A stretch of 63,778 nucleotides of DNA, filler included, from Stramenopiles sp. TOSAG23-3 (taxonomy: Eukaryota), in the NCBI GenBank assembly GCA_900128585.1. It is 6 parts of 6 records of this genome, joined end to end, with 100 filler letters (N's around TTAATTAATTAA, not from the genome) between each part and the next. Parts side by side here need not be neighbours in the genome. Positions count along the whole stretch, not along the records: positions 1 to 27,460 come from LT642260.1; 5 more parts are not named here. The stretch is one strand, 5' to 3'. The translations under genes were made by a program, and so were the position numbers. Position 1 is the stretch's first letter. Each line of letters begins with the position of its first letter. Positions 9,222 to 18,699 of the stretch are shown piece after piece. The notes under the pieces were generated by a model, which searched no databases, was not told the origin of the DNA, and saw nothing but the letters and a program-made list of their open reading frames with translations.

Positions 9222-12200
9222 ATGGCTAGCACAGTTCTGGAACTTGTTGTGAACGTTTACTCCGGCAGGAACTTTCCTAGACTTCCTACGGGCCATGGCG
9301 TGCGCGTTCAAGCTACTGTTGCAAACCAAGTATGCGAGACCCTGCCGTCCGTTAAAAAGAACAAGGGCGGGAGAATTGGAAGCATTTTTTGGAAGGACGG
9401 AGGGACGCTGACGTGGACCATAAGCAGGGAACAGTTGGCGGAAATGAAAGCCCGGAACCCCACCGTGAAGCTGTACGTCTTTTCCTCCGGGGCGTCCCAC
9501 GCCGGGGCGCTGAAGGACACCAAGGCCCTGGGCTACATCACCATCGACCTTCGTTCGCCCAACCTGTACATGGCACGGAGCGATATCAAACCGAAGTGGT
9601 GCAAGGTGAAAGCTGGCGGGTCCTTTGGTGGCGAGCTTCAGGTCTCGTCAAAAGTAAGCGCCAAAGCGGCGAACCTTTCGGGTGTGAAAGGGGCGTCCCC
9701 GAACCCGCTGGAGTCGATGGTGGTGTCTGCGGACGCGTCGCACGTGCAAATTGGGCAAGGAAAGAACAACCGCGTGTTCAACCTGGAAGTGACCATAATT
9801 GCAACCAAGGGCTTGGACGGGCTGCCCTTGGAAGCTGGCAGCACGCGAGACTATTGGTTGACGTACTGCATGTTTGGGGTGGTTACGGAAACGGACAAAT
9901 TTACGAGCCCAGACCGCCCGGATTTTCACCCGATCGTAGACTCTTTTCGAATCCGAAGCGACCGCAGAGCATTCGCCGATTTCTTAGAGCACGAGGCCCG
10001 CCCGTTAGATATATACTTGAGGACGGAGGATTCCAGAGTCGCAGTTGCAAAAATTGACCTCTCGAAGCTTGCCTCGGTGATGCGAGGGGCAAACTTCCAT
10101 GGCGCGGAAATTGAGGGGAGCTATATTTTTCATTCACTTTTTGAGACGACGCAAAGCGGCTCTTCCAGGCGGCGCGGTGTCAAGCCGCTACTCGCGGCAA
10201 AAATTGCGATTCGGCCAGCAGATGACGGCAGCCCGATGAGCGAAGAGGAGGTCGATGAGCCAAATGTGTTTGGCACGATCGCGGGCACTACCGTCGAGTC
10301 TGTCGAATCGCAGCAGCCCACCCAAGCAATCGACGACGTTTCCTGCATCGATGCGGAAAAGGCGTCCAGCGCCCGGCGCATAGAAGGCCAGGCCGAGAGC
10401 AAAGTCGGAGCCCCCGCAGAGGAGGAGGGCGAAAACGAAGACGATGGGTACGGGGACGACGACTTCGAGGAGGAGGACGAGCCGGAGACGGCGGAGAAAC
10501 CCGCCGTGGCCCTCAGCAACGGAGGGGACGACGCGGCGGCCGATCCCTCAGCCACAGTGGACCTCTCGGAGAGTGTAAGCTCGTTGCCACCGCGCATCAA
10601 CGATTCTCCCCACAAGTTCCGGGTCTCCATCGACCTTCGCTCCATTAAAGAGGTAGCACAGCGAGGTACCTACTGCCTTGAGTACGCATACCCAGCGATC
10701 GGGTGCATTTCCCCGATCAGAACGCGCCCCCCGATTAAGATTGATAGGAATTCGGAAGTGCTTTTGCCTCATGGGTATACCGCATTTGACTTCGTCATGG
10801 AGCCATCCAAGCTGTACGAAGAGCTGCAGCAGTCGCCACTGACTGTCGAGCTTCGGGTGAAGGACAAGTACCAGAAAGACGAACGCGTTGGAATCGCGAC
10901 GATCCCTTTTCAACCCATCCTTGCCTCGAAAGAGTATTTCCGCGACCCCAAGACCAGGAAAACGTTCGCCACCATGGGCTTGCTGAAGTCCCACCAGCGA
11001 ATGTCGAGGGGAAGGGACAAGAGTACCGGTCAAGCCCCGAAGTACGTCACTGTTAGGGCCCACGACCAGTACTTTCAGTGCATTTCGGAGGTCGAAATGG
11101 CCACGTCGAAGAATGGAGCTGGGTCTCCCCAGTTCGGGGCGCAAAGATTGGCGAAGACAGCGTCAATACGGGTGGTAGTCTACGTCGAAGACCTGGGGCC
11201 TACCAGTACAAAGCCTGCAGAGTCCACGCCCCAGGCGAACGTCGGCGTCTGGAAGGGAGCGCAGCGCATGGATCGCGCCTCAACGATTGTAAAGGACGAC
11301 GCGTCGATTGGACTCCCGTCCCATTCGGACCTTGTCCAGCAAAATTCAGTTTCCTTCGGGCAGACTATTAACGAGAGCAGCGTCCCCCGGAACCCAGAGA
11401 CGCCTATCAGAAAAAGTGCCAGCATGGGCAACGTGACCGCAGAAATGATTGCCACAGATTCCATCACTCAGGCAGCCGTTCAGAAATGGTTTGCGGACGA
11501 GTACATGGAGTGGGAGGAAAAAATGAAAAGGAAAGAGGAGTCAAGAATGCAGCAGTTGGAAACGGAGTGGGCCAGTCGTGAGGGCGAGCGGCACCAAGCT
11601 GTCATAGAGGCGCAGGAGCGTTACGCGACCCTCGAGGAAAAGCTTCGGAGACGCCTGGCCTTGGTAGAGCAGCGGGAGCGCGAGCTGGCTTTAAAAGAGT
11701 CGGACTTACAACGTTCTGCAGAGCTCCAGCTGGCAGAATCGAAAATATTGCAGCGAAGGCTCGAAGAGGAGCTGCACCACAAGCTTGGGATCGAAAGGCA
11801 ACGGGCGAAAGAAATTGAAAAGCGATGGAAAGAAGCAGAAAAGGGGAAGAAAACGGCGAGGTCGCGGGTGGAGGCAGTAGAGGACGACTTTCACAAATAT
11901 AAAGAGGCACAGCGAAGAATGCCGGAATCGAAGCTGCGGCAAAAAATCAACTCGTTGATGGTAGAGAAAGCTGAAATGGAAGCGGGCCTAGTCCAACAAC
12001 AGGCGGAGAACAAATTTAAAGAAGATGCCTTGGATCAATGCCGAAGCCAGTTGTCCAGAGTCGTGAAGGAGCTGCAAGCGGAACGCCGAGCGAAGCGTGA
12101 AGCGTCGGAAAAAGGCTTGGAGCAACTGCGTCTGCAGTACTTGGCGAGAGAGGAACGATACATTTTAGACGGCGATAGACAAGAATTGCGCAGCATTAAG

Positions 12201-12428
12201 GACGAGTTAGATTCTCTCCGACGTGCAAATATGTTTGGCGGGGGCAAGAGCGCACCAACGCCCTCCCGAATAGCAAGGCGTACCAATTACGGAAGCGGGC
12301 AGGATACCAATGTTGAGCGTTTGCAGAAAGAACGGAGTTTACTGCTAGGAACTGGTGCATACGACAACGAACACCCAATCATAAAAGAAATAGACCGTCA
12401 AATAGAAATCGCAGGAGGTCAAGGGTGA
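9222..12428 (+). CDS. CEP120: Centrosomal protein CEP120 (C2 domains + C-terminal coiled coil)
   Basis: Three C2-like regions (LEYAYPAIG..PIRTRPPIKIDRNSEVLLPHGYTAFDF), a long coiled coil and the conserved C-terminus ERSLLLGTGAYDNEHPIIKEIDRQI. First ATG at 9222. Confidence 0.88.
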   Translation: MASTVLELVVNVYSGRNFPRLPTGHGVRVQATVANQVCETLPSVKKNKGGRIGSIFWKDGGTLTWTISREQLAEMKARNPTVKLYVFSSGASHAGALKDTKALGYITIDLRSPNLYMARSDIKPKWCKVKAGGSFGGELQVSSKVSAKAANLSGVKGASPNPLESMVVSADASHVQIGQGKNNRVFNLEVTIIATKGLDGLPLEAGSTRDYWLTYCMFGVVTETDKFTSPDRPDFHPIVDSFRIRSDRRAFADFLEHEARPLDIYLRTEDSRVAVAKIDLSKLASVMRGANFHGAEIEGSYIFHSLFETTQSGSSRRRGVKPLLAAKIAIRPADDGSPMSEEEVDEPNVFGTIAGTTVESVESQQPTQAIDDVSCIDAEKASSARRIEGQAESKVGAPAEEEGENEDDGYGDDDFEEEDEPETAEKPAVALSNGGDDAAADPSATVDLSESVSSLPPRINDSPHKFRVSIDLRSIKEVAQRGTYCLEYAYPAIGCISPIRTRPPIKIDRNSEVLLPHGYTAFDFVMEPSKLYEELQQSPLTVELRVKDKYQKDERVGIATIPFQPILASKEYFRDPKTRKTFATMGLLKSHQRMSRGRDKSTGQAPKYVTVRAHDQYFQCISEVEMATSKNGAGSPQFGAQRLAKTASIRVVVYVEDLGPTSTKPAESTPQANVGVWKGAQRMDRASTIVKDDASIGLPSHSDLVQQNSVSFGQTINESSVPRNPETPIRKSASMGNVTAEMIATDSITQAAVQKWFADEYMEWEEKMKRKEESRMQQLETEWASREGERHQAVIEAQERYATLEEKLRRRLALVEQRERELALKESDLQRSAELQLAESKILQRRLEEELHHKLGIERQRAKEIEKRWKEAEKGKKTARSRVEAVEDDFHKYKEAQRRMPESKLRQKINSLMVEKAEMEAGLVQQQAENKFKEDALDQCRSQLSRVVKELQAERRAKREASEKGLEQLRLQYLAREERYILDGDRQELRSIKDELDSLRRANMFGGGKSAPTPSRIARRTNYGSGQDTNVERLQKERSLLLGTGAYDNEHPIIKEIDRQIEIAGGQG

Positions 12429-13543
12429 TGCGTACCCGAAAGGAAACCACCTGTAATATTTGTTTTTTGATCTCTATTGTAAAAAATTGCAACAATTCGA
12501 ATAATACATGATGTTAAGTTTTTTATAGAGACTCACAAAAGTCAAAATAAATTTAAAGCAATTTTCTTGTTTTTTAAATTTTAAGCAAAGATACTTAATT
12601 TTATTTTCAACCAAAAATATACTACCATTATATTCGAATGTCAACACAGCATAACGAAACCATTAATAATGCAAAGAACTACTTTCTATTGTTCTTTTCT
12701 ATTTGAATTTGTTTTGGCTCTGTTTTGGTTGGTGGTGTCGTGCGTGTCTGTTGCTTTTGATGTCGTGCGTGTTTGTTGCTGTGTTCCTATAAACGCTTTG
12801 AATGTATGTTGAATTGTTTTTTTTTATTACAAAAAAATCAGTTACACCTTTGATATTATATTTACATAGTAATATTATAGCTTCTTATCAAAATATTCCT
12901 CGTCATTTTTTTCAGTGAATTATAAGAACTGACTTGCTACTACTACAGCTTAGAAGCTCAGTCAAAATTTCAGTCTGAGTTCATATATGTGAAGTAGTAG
13001 TGTTCTTGTAATTCCCTCTTGTAATTGGTTTTTATTTAAATAACTCGCGGCACTGTCGTGAGTCCGTCGCCAATTTCTTAAGGCACATCTATTAGAGATG
13101 TAATATTTATCATTTCATAAGTACTTAGTAGAAGATTATATATAATATAATATTTGCGAGAGAAGCGACAAAAGATTATTTCTATTTGAAAACTATCCTT
13201 AATTTACGAAGCAGCAACAAAGCAATTATTATTTGTTGTGGAAGAATAGTAGCTCTTCTTCCACCACCGATCATTTATATAACCGCCGTTTGTTTTCTTG
13301 TTTTCTTCTTCTTTGTTTGTTCGTTCGTTCTATTGTTGCTAACATGTCGAAAGCGTACATCTTAACGAAACAAGGAATACGTTTTAATAAATAACCATTT
13401 CGTATTAACCAAAAGCCAATTACGACAGCAAAGCTGAATTGATCTTTAACCGGTTATCAATTATTTATCTTGGCTTGCCTTACCTTGCCGAAGAAAACGT
13501 AATTTTACCGTCAGGAGCATTGTCCGAAACGAGGGAAAAAAAG

Positions 13544-16504
13544 ATGGGGTTGTTTGCAATACTATCGTTAAAACCATACGCGGTTCCGAGCGATGGCCAC
13601 TTGGCAAATGTGTGCTTGTTTCAACTGTTTGTTGTACTTTTCATCGGTCTTTTGTTAAAAATGGACGTCGATTTATTTTGGCAGGAAGGTGCGGGAGACA
13701 GGAACATCGGAACGGAAGAGCCCGTGTCATGGGTCATAATAGTAACCCATGGTCTTCTGATGCTCTATGCGCTGGTGTTGATCATCAAGGAAATTAAAAA
13801 CGCCCCACGGCTCCAGGCCGCCATAAAACAAAGCGAACAACGAAGGAGAGAATTGACACGCAAACAAATTGAATCATGGGCAAAAGGCCGACGCCTGGCT
13901 CTTCTGCGACAAGCGCAGCGTGGGACGAATAGAAGCGGCTCTGACACAAAGAAAGGCGAAGACGCGCATGCCGCAAAAGCACTGTTGCAACTAGAAACGG
14001 AGCAGATAGCGAGAGAAGAAGAAGTTCGAGACGAATATAAGGACATTGCAAAGGATTTGATGGAACTTGACAATGTTGACACCGACGATGTGGTAGCTAA
14101 GGAATTCCTTGAAGGAGAAAAAGAGCGGTTGCTACGTAAGAAAAAAGCACTGGAAGCCCAATTGAAGGATATTATAGATACGCATTCTGTAGAGACTGAT
14201 AAATTATCTAATTATATCGAAAACAAAAAGAAAAGTGCCCACCAACGATTGAAACAGCGGCTAAAGAACCGTCGCGCATCAACACAGGCGCGAGGCCAAG
14301 GACCTGTAAAAATATCACCGGAAGAAGTGCGCCCTGCAGCTCGAGTGGGTAAGCCAAAAAACAAGAACCGGTTTGGAGCGGGCCGGAAAGGGAAACGCAC
14401 CGGCATGAGCCCAATGAAAGTTTCCCGTGGCGCACATGATCTGCATAAAATGATCCAAAAGGTCGATATTGCTGCTACACAAGTCAAAGATACTGCTGCA
14501 CTTATGTTTCAGTTAATTCCCTATTACAAGTCTGGCAACAAGGAAACAGATTCCCTTATTGAAAAGCAGCTGAAGAAGGGTGACCATTTTCGGGAAGCGT
14601 TTGATGAATCCGACCAGCACAATACGCTACTGCACACGGCAGCGGCTCATGGCAATGTTGAAGCCGCAAAATTATTGATCCAGAAGTTCGTTTTCAATGT
14701 CAACGCCGTCAACGAAAAAAATGCAAGCCCACTTCACTACGCGGCAGCTCGGGGCAGCGTTGAGCTATGCTCTTTGCTGATTAAGCACCGTGCCAACGCT
14801 GTTGCCGTTGACAGCTCTGGCCATACCCCACTCAGTTATGCAGCCGAATTGGGGCACAAGAAAGTAGTGACATTATTGAAATCCCCGGCTGCAACATTAC
14901 CTAAGTTGAAGGCTGGAAAAGGAACTCCAAGCAAATCCAAACCTGGCGCGCCTGGTGTCTCCGCGCCGGGCGCCCAGTTCAGGAAGAGCATTGTAAGACT
15001 TAAATGGCAAAATGCAGCTTGGAGGGCAGGACTCAAATCGCTATACACCAAAGGCATTCAGTACAATAAATGGCAAACGACAGCAGCACTAGTCCAGGCC
15101 AGAAAAGAATTGCAGTTCGAAATTGAACGCCGGGAAAAATCATCCTCGCAGACGGAATCGGACGCCAAAGATTTGTCGGAATTAAAAAGAAAGCTGCATC
15201 ATCTGCAAGGGGAATTTGAGAAAGCCCAAACGATTGCCGGCCGTGGGCAAGAAATTGCTAAAGAAAAAGAAAACTTGGAGACTGAAGTAACGAAGCTCCG
15301 CAAAGAACGTAGTGCGATGGGGCACGAGCTGGACAAAGAGTCCAGGCTGCGGAAAAAACTTCATAATACGGTGGAGGACATGAAGGGGAAAATCAGGGTG
15401 TTTGCACGTATTCGTCCATTGTCGGCGAGCGAGCTCGCGAGTGCCTGCAATAATGTCTGCCGTTATTCTTTGAGTGGCACTGCAATAACATTGAGCGACC
15501 CAGAAAACAAAAAGAGGGTCTCTAAGACTTACGAGTTTGACTCCGTTTTTAACCCAGAGAACAGCCAGGAAGAAGTGTTTGAAGACGTGAATAGTTTGAT
15601 TCAATCAACGGTCGATGGTTATAACGTTTGTATATTTGCATACGGCCAGACGGGCAGCGGCAAAACATTTACTATGAGCGGTAACAAAATGTATCCTGGA
15701 ATTCTCCCGAGGGCTATTACTAGTTTGTTTCACGACTTGAAGCTAAATGGTAACAAATTTGAATATAAAGTTTCACTATACATGGCTGAAATTTACTTGG
15801 ACGAAATAATTGACCTTCTGCACAAACATGGAAAGAAATCCGGAAGTGGCGCAAAAGACAAGAAGTTGAAGGTAAAGAAAGACGCGAAAGGCCGGGTATA
15901 TGTGGAGGGTATCAGTACATGCTCACCTTCGACGGCAGAGGAAGTAATGCATTTAATTGAGGATGGTATGAAGAACAGGCACGTGTCGGCTACCAAGATG
16001 AATTCCGAAAGTTCCCGTTCACACTTAATCACGAGTATTTCAATAGAGGGAAAAAACAGAAAGACCAAAGCAGTTTCGGTGGGAAAATTGATGTTGGTCG
16101 ACCTTGCTGGGTCAGAGAGCCAGCAAAAGACTGGGGCGAGCGGCAACACCTTAAAGGAGGCAAATGCAATCAATACAAGCCTTAGTGCTTTAGGCGGGGT
16201 AATTGCTGCTTTAACTTCGGGAGCAAAATTTATTCCGTACAGAGGCAACAAACTAACAGAAATCCTTCAAGATGGGCTCGGGGGCACCGCCAAAACGCTC
16301 ATGTTTGTGAACGCGAGCCCTGCGGACTATAATATGCAGGAAACGATGGGAAGCTTTGAGTTTGCTTTGCGGTGTAAAGATATCAAAAACGAGAAATCAG
16401 CAGCGGTGGTAGAGACCGCTGAAGTGCGCGAACTCAAGCATCGATTGGCTGAAATGCAAAGCGCTTTAGCAGCGAATGGAGTGAAGTTACCTGGTGACAC
16501 GTAA
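13544..16504 (+). CDS. Kinesin-14 (KCBP-like C-terminal motor) with N-terminal transmembrane segments and ankyrin repeats
   Basis: Neck EDMKGKIRVFARIRP, P-loop GQTGSGKT, switch I NSESSRSH, switch II DLAGSE. Three ankyrin repeats (TLLHTAAAHG, SPLHYAAARG, TPLSYAAELG). Two to three hydrophobic helices at the N-terminus. The frame is open from 13439 and the first ATG is at 13544; upstream exons are possible. Confidence 0.88.
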   Translation: MGLFAILSLKPYAVPSDGHLANVCLFQLFVVLFIGLLLKMDVDLFWQEGAGDRNIGTEEPVSWVIIVTHGLLMLYALVLIIKEIKNAPRLQAAIKQSEQRRRELTRKQIESWAKGRRLALLRQAQRGTNRSGSDTKKGEDAHAAKALLQLETEQIAREEEVRDEYKDIAKDLMELDNVDTDDVVAKEFLEGEKERLLRKKKALEAQLKDIIDTHSVETDKLSNYIENKKKSAHQRLKQRLKNRRASTQARGQGPVKISPEEVRPAARVGKPKNKNRFGAGRKGKRTGMSPMKVSRGAHDLHKMIQKVDIAATQVKDTAALMFQLIPYYKSGNKETDSLIEKQLKKGDHFREAFDESDQHNTLLHTAAAHGNVEAAKLLIQKFVFNVNAVNEKNASPLHYAAARGSVELCSLLIKHRANAVAVDSSGHTPLSYAAELGHKKVVTLLKSPAATLPKLKAGKGTPSKSKPGAPGVSAPGAQFRKSIVRLKWQNAAWRAGLKSLYTKGIQYNKWQTTAALVQARKELQFEIERREKSSSQTESDAKDLSELKRKLHHLQGEFEKAQTIAGRGQEIAKEKENLETEVTKLRKERSAMGHELDKESRLRKKLHNTVEDMKGKIRVFARIRPLSASELASACNNVCRYSLSGTAITLSDPENKKRVSKTYEFDSVFNPENSQEEVFEDVNSLIQSTVDGYNVCIFAYGQTGSGKTFTMSGNKMYPGILPRAITSLFHDLKLNGNKFEYKVSLYMAEIYLDEIIDLLHKHGKKSGSGAKDKKLKVKKDAKGRVYVEGISTCSPSTAEEVMHLIEDGMKNRHVSATKMNSESSRSHLITSISIEGKNRKTKAVSVGKLMLVDLAGSESQQKTGASGNTLKEANAINTSLSALGGVIAALTSGAKFIPYRGNKLTEILQDGLGGTAKTLMFVNASPADYNMQETMGSFEFALRCKDIKNEKSAAVVETAEVRELKHRLAEMQSALAANGVKLPGDT

Positions 16505-16557
16505 CACAAGTTAAAATTTTCGACTCGGGACAAAAATATCTAGTTTTATTATTAAAT

Positions 16558-16599
16558 ACAAGAAAATTGGCTGTTATTTAAGTAATTATATTTAGCTTC
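16558..16599. repeat. Dispersed 42-nt motif copy
   Basis: ACAAGAAAATTGGCTGTTATTTAAGTAATTATATTTAGCTTC, 41/42 identical to 40642-40683. Confidence 0.9.
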
Positions 16600-16733
16600 C
16601 TCATACTACCCTAATCCTAAATATGGCCATTAAAAAACAAATTATATATAGTATGTCATTAAAATATTTTTTTAAATTGATCTAGACATATGTTAACGAT
16701 ATTAGAGAGCCATAAATTTTAACAAAAACAAAT

Positions 16734-17795
16734 TTATGAATCTCTGGACCCCCCCCTTTGTCCATTTGCAATGCCTTGTAGTATTGCAAGTTCTACCGGG
16801 GTTGGGGCGGACATTCGTTCTATCAACGGACTTATGTTTAAATTGTTTTTCATCGCGATCGAGGGATTGCAGATGGGCCGAATGCTCTGGAAGCCCTCTT
16901 TCCCAAAATTAAAGGATCTGCAATGCAGCATCATTGGGTGCATGAGCAAAACGTCGCCGGGCTCCCCTGTTGTTTCAAATAGCAAACTTTCCGTCGTTTG
17001 CCTTTTAAAATCATTTTTACAGTTTTTGTTTAAGCCAAACATTTCCCTTGCTACAAAACTAACTTTTCCGCTTGGAACCCCCTCTAATGATTTGGTTTCG
17101 TTCCAGAGCATTGACGCCACTCTTTGGTGACTCTTTCTTAACAATAAAGTCCCCCCGCAATCCTGTTTGATTTCCGAAAACAAAAATATAGGCACTAAGC
17201 CCAGCTCACGGCTATAAGGAAAATGATCAAAATGCGCCCCATCAACGTGCCACGAGCCTGCAGCCTTTTCTACTAGTTTGGTTTTGATAGCTTCGCGGGG
17301 TGCCTTGATCCCCAAGTCCCTTTCTCGTGGGAATGTAATTACCCACCACCCCATTTTAAAGCTGTTCGTCTCCCACTTGTTTTTTCCAAGAAGCTGGTCC
17401 AATGCTTGCGTTATTCGAGGGTTAAAACAGCTATTCCAAGGGTGACCTTCTTCCTTCTCGAAGCATCTAGACAGAAATATTTTTTCTGGCCACGTTCTGG
17501 AGTCCAGCTTCTTTACCCCTGGCTTCTCCGTTTCGATTTCTGCCCACAACTTCTCACGAATGTCATTACACACGCTTTTACTGACCACATTTTTTAAAAT
17601 GACAAACCCATCGTGTACAAATTGTTGCACCTGCTTACGTGATAATGGCCCCTGAACATACGATTTTCCTATCCCTTCGCTGTCCTTCTGCCCTTGGCGT
17701 TTCCTTTTCAACCGGTTCGACGGTCTTCCAAACGAGGAAAATCCCAAAGCGTCGTATATCGACCGTTTTCTACAAAATGGCTGCTTCGGCTCCAT
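16734..17795 (-). CDS. Phytanoyl-CoA dioxygenase (PhyH)-like 2OG-Fe(II) oxygenase
   Basis: QQFVHDGFVILKNVV, WHVDG (HxD), GGTLLLRKSH and GEPGDVLLMHPMMLHCRS motifs. First ATG at 17795. Confidence 0.85.
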   Translation of the reverse strand: MEPKQPFCRKRSIYDALGFSSFGRPSNRLKRKRQGQKDSEGIGKSYVQGPLSRKQVQQFVHDGFVILKNVVSKSVCNDIREKLWAEIETEKPGVKKLDSRTWPEKIFLSRCFEKEEGHPWNSCFNPRITQALDQLLGKNKWETNSFKMGWWVITFPRERDLGIKAPREAIKTKLVEKAAGSWHVDGAHFDHFPYSRELGLVPIFLFSEIKQDCGGTLLLRKSHQRVASMLWNETKSLEGVPSGKVSFVAREMFGLNKNCKNDFKRQTTESLLFETTGEPGDVLLMHPMMLHCRSFNFGKEGFQSIRPICNPSIAMKNNLNISPLIERMSAPTPVELAILQGIANGQRGGSRDS

Positions 17796-18699
17796 AGTTC
17801 TTCTTTCTCTATTTTCTATCGGGAATGGATTCAAGCATTTATGTATATTATTGTTCGCATTGTCAAGATAGGTATTTATTTCTAAATACCAGGTAGAATA
17901 ATATACAAGTCCTTATAATTTTCATTAATTCATTTGAACACAACACTGTTCTTTCTTCTCTTTCTTCTTCTTCCATATTATATTAATATATTTTTTTTAT
18001 AGTCTCTAGAATAAAATAATATTATTATTATTAAAAAAATTAGAGAAGAAGAAGAAGAAGAAAGAAGACGACTGTTGTTTCATTTCTTTTTTGTGACTTC
18101 TTCTTCTTTTTTTTCTCTTATATTATTTCTTCTTCTTCTTCTTCCTCCCTTCTTCCCTCTTCCTCTTCCTTTTATTTTATTTTTATGCGAGCTCCATCCA
18201 CGTGGCGAAATATGGTAAAAAGAAGTGACCTCCTTCTTTATTAGTAGAAATACGGTATAATGTACAATAGGGGGTACTCTCTACTCTCTACCTACTAATA
18301 AAATAAAAGTTTAAATAACGACATAACAACGTCGTTGTGTTCAGTATTCCACTGTGGAAATAACAGAAGGGTGAAGAGAACTATATAATATTATTTTATA
18401 CAACATAACAACAACTTAAAAAAAAAATGAAGAACAACTACTACTGTACCCGTAATAATATGGTGGAGGATGATGGTTGGTATTAATTATTTATGTATAA
18501 TAATAATAATTAATTACGACAAAAAAAAGGAGGAGAAAAGTTTGTTTGTTTGATACCGAGACCAATTACAAATATGTATATATATAAATAAATGAAGATA
18601 AAAGAGGAGAAGTCATTCCGCCAGAAGTTATTTATTTCAACAATATATATATATAAATATACTAGAAGTTTTAGGAACGAGTGCTTTCGGCTTTGAACA

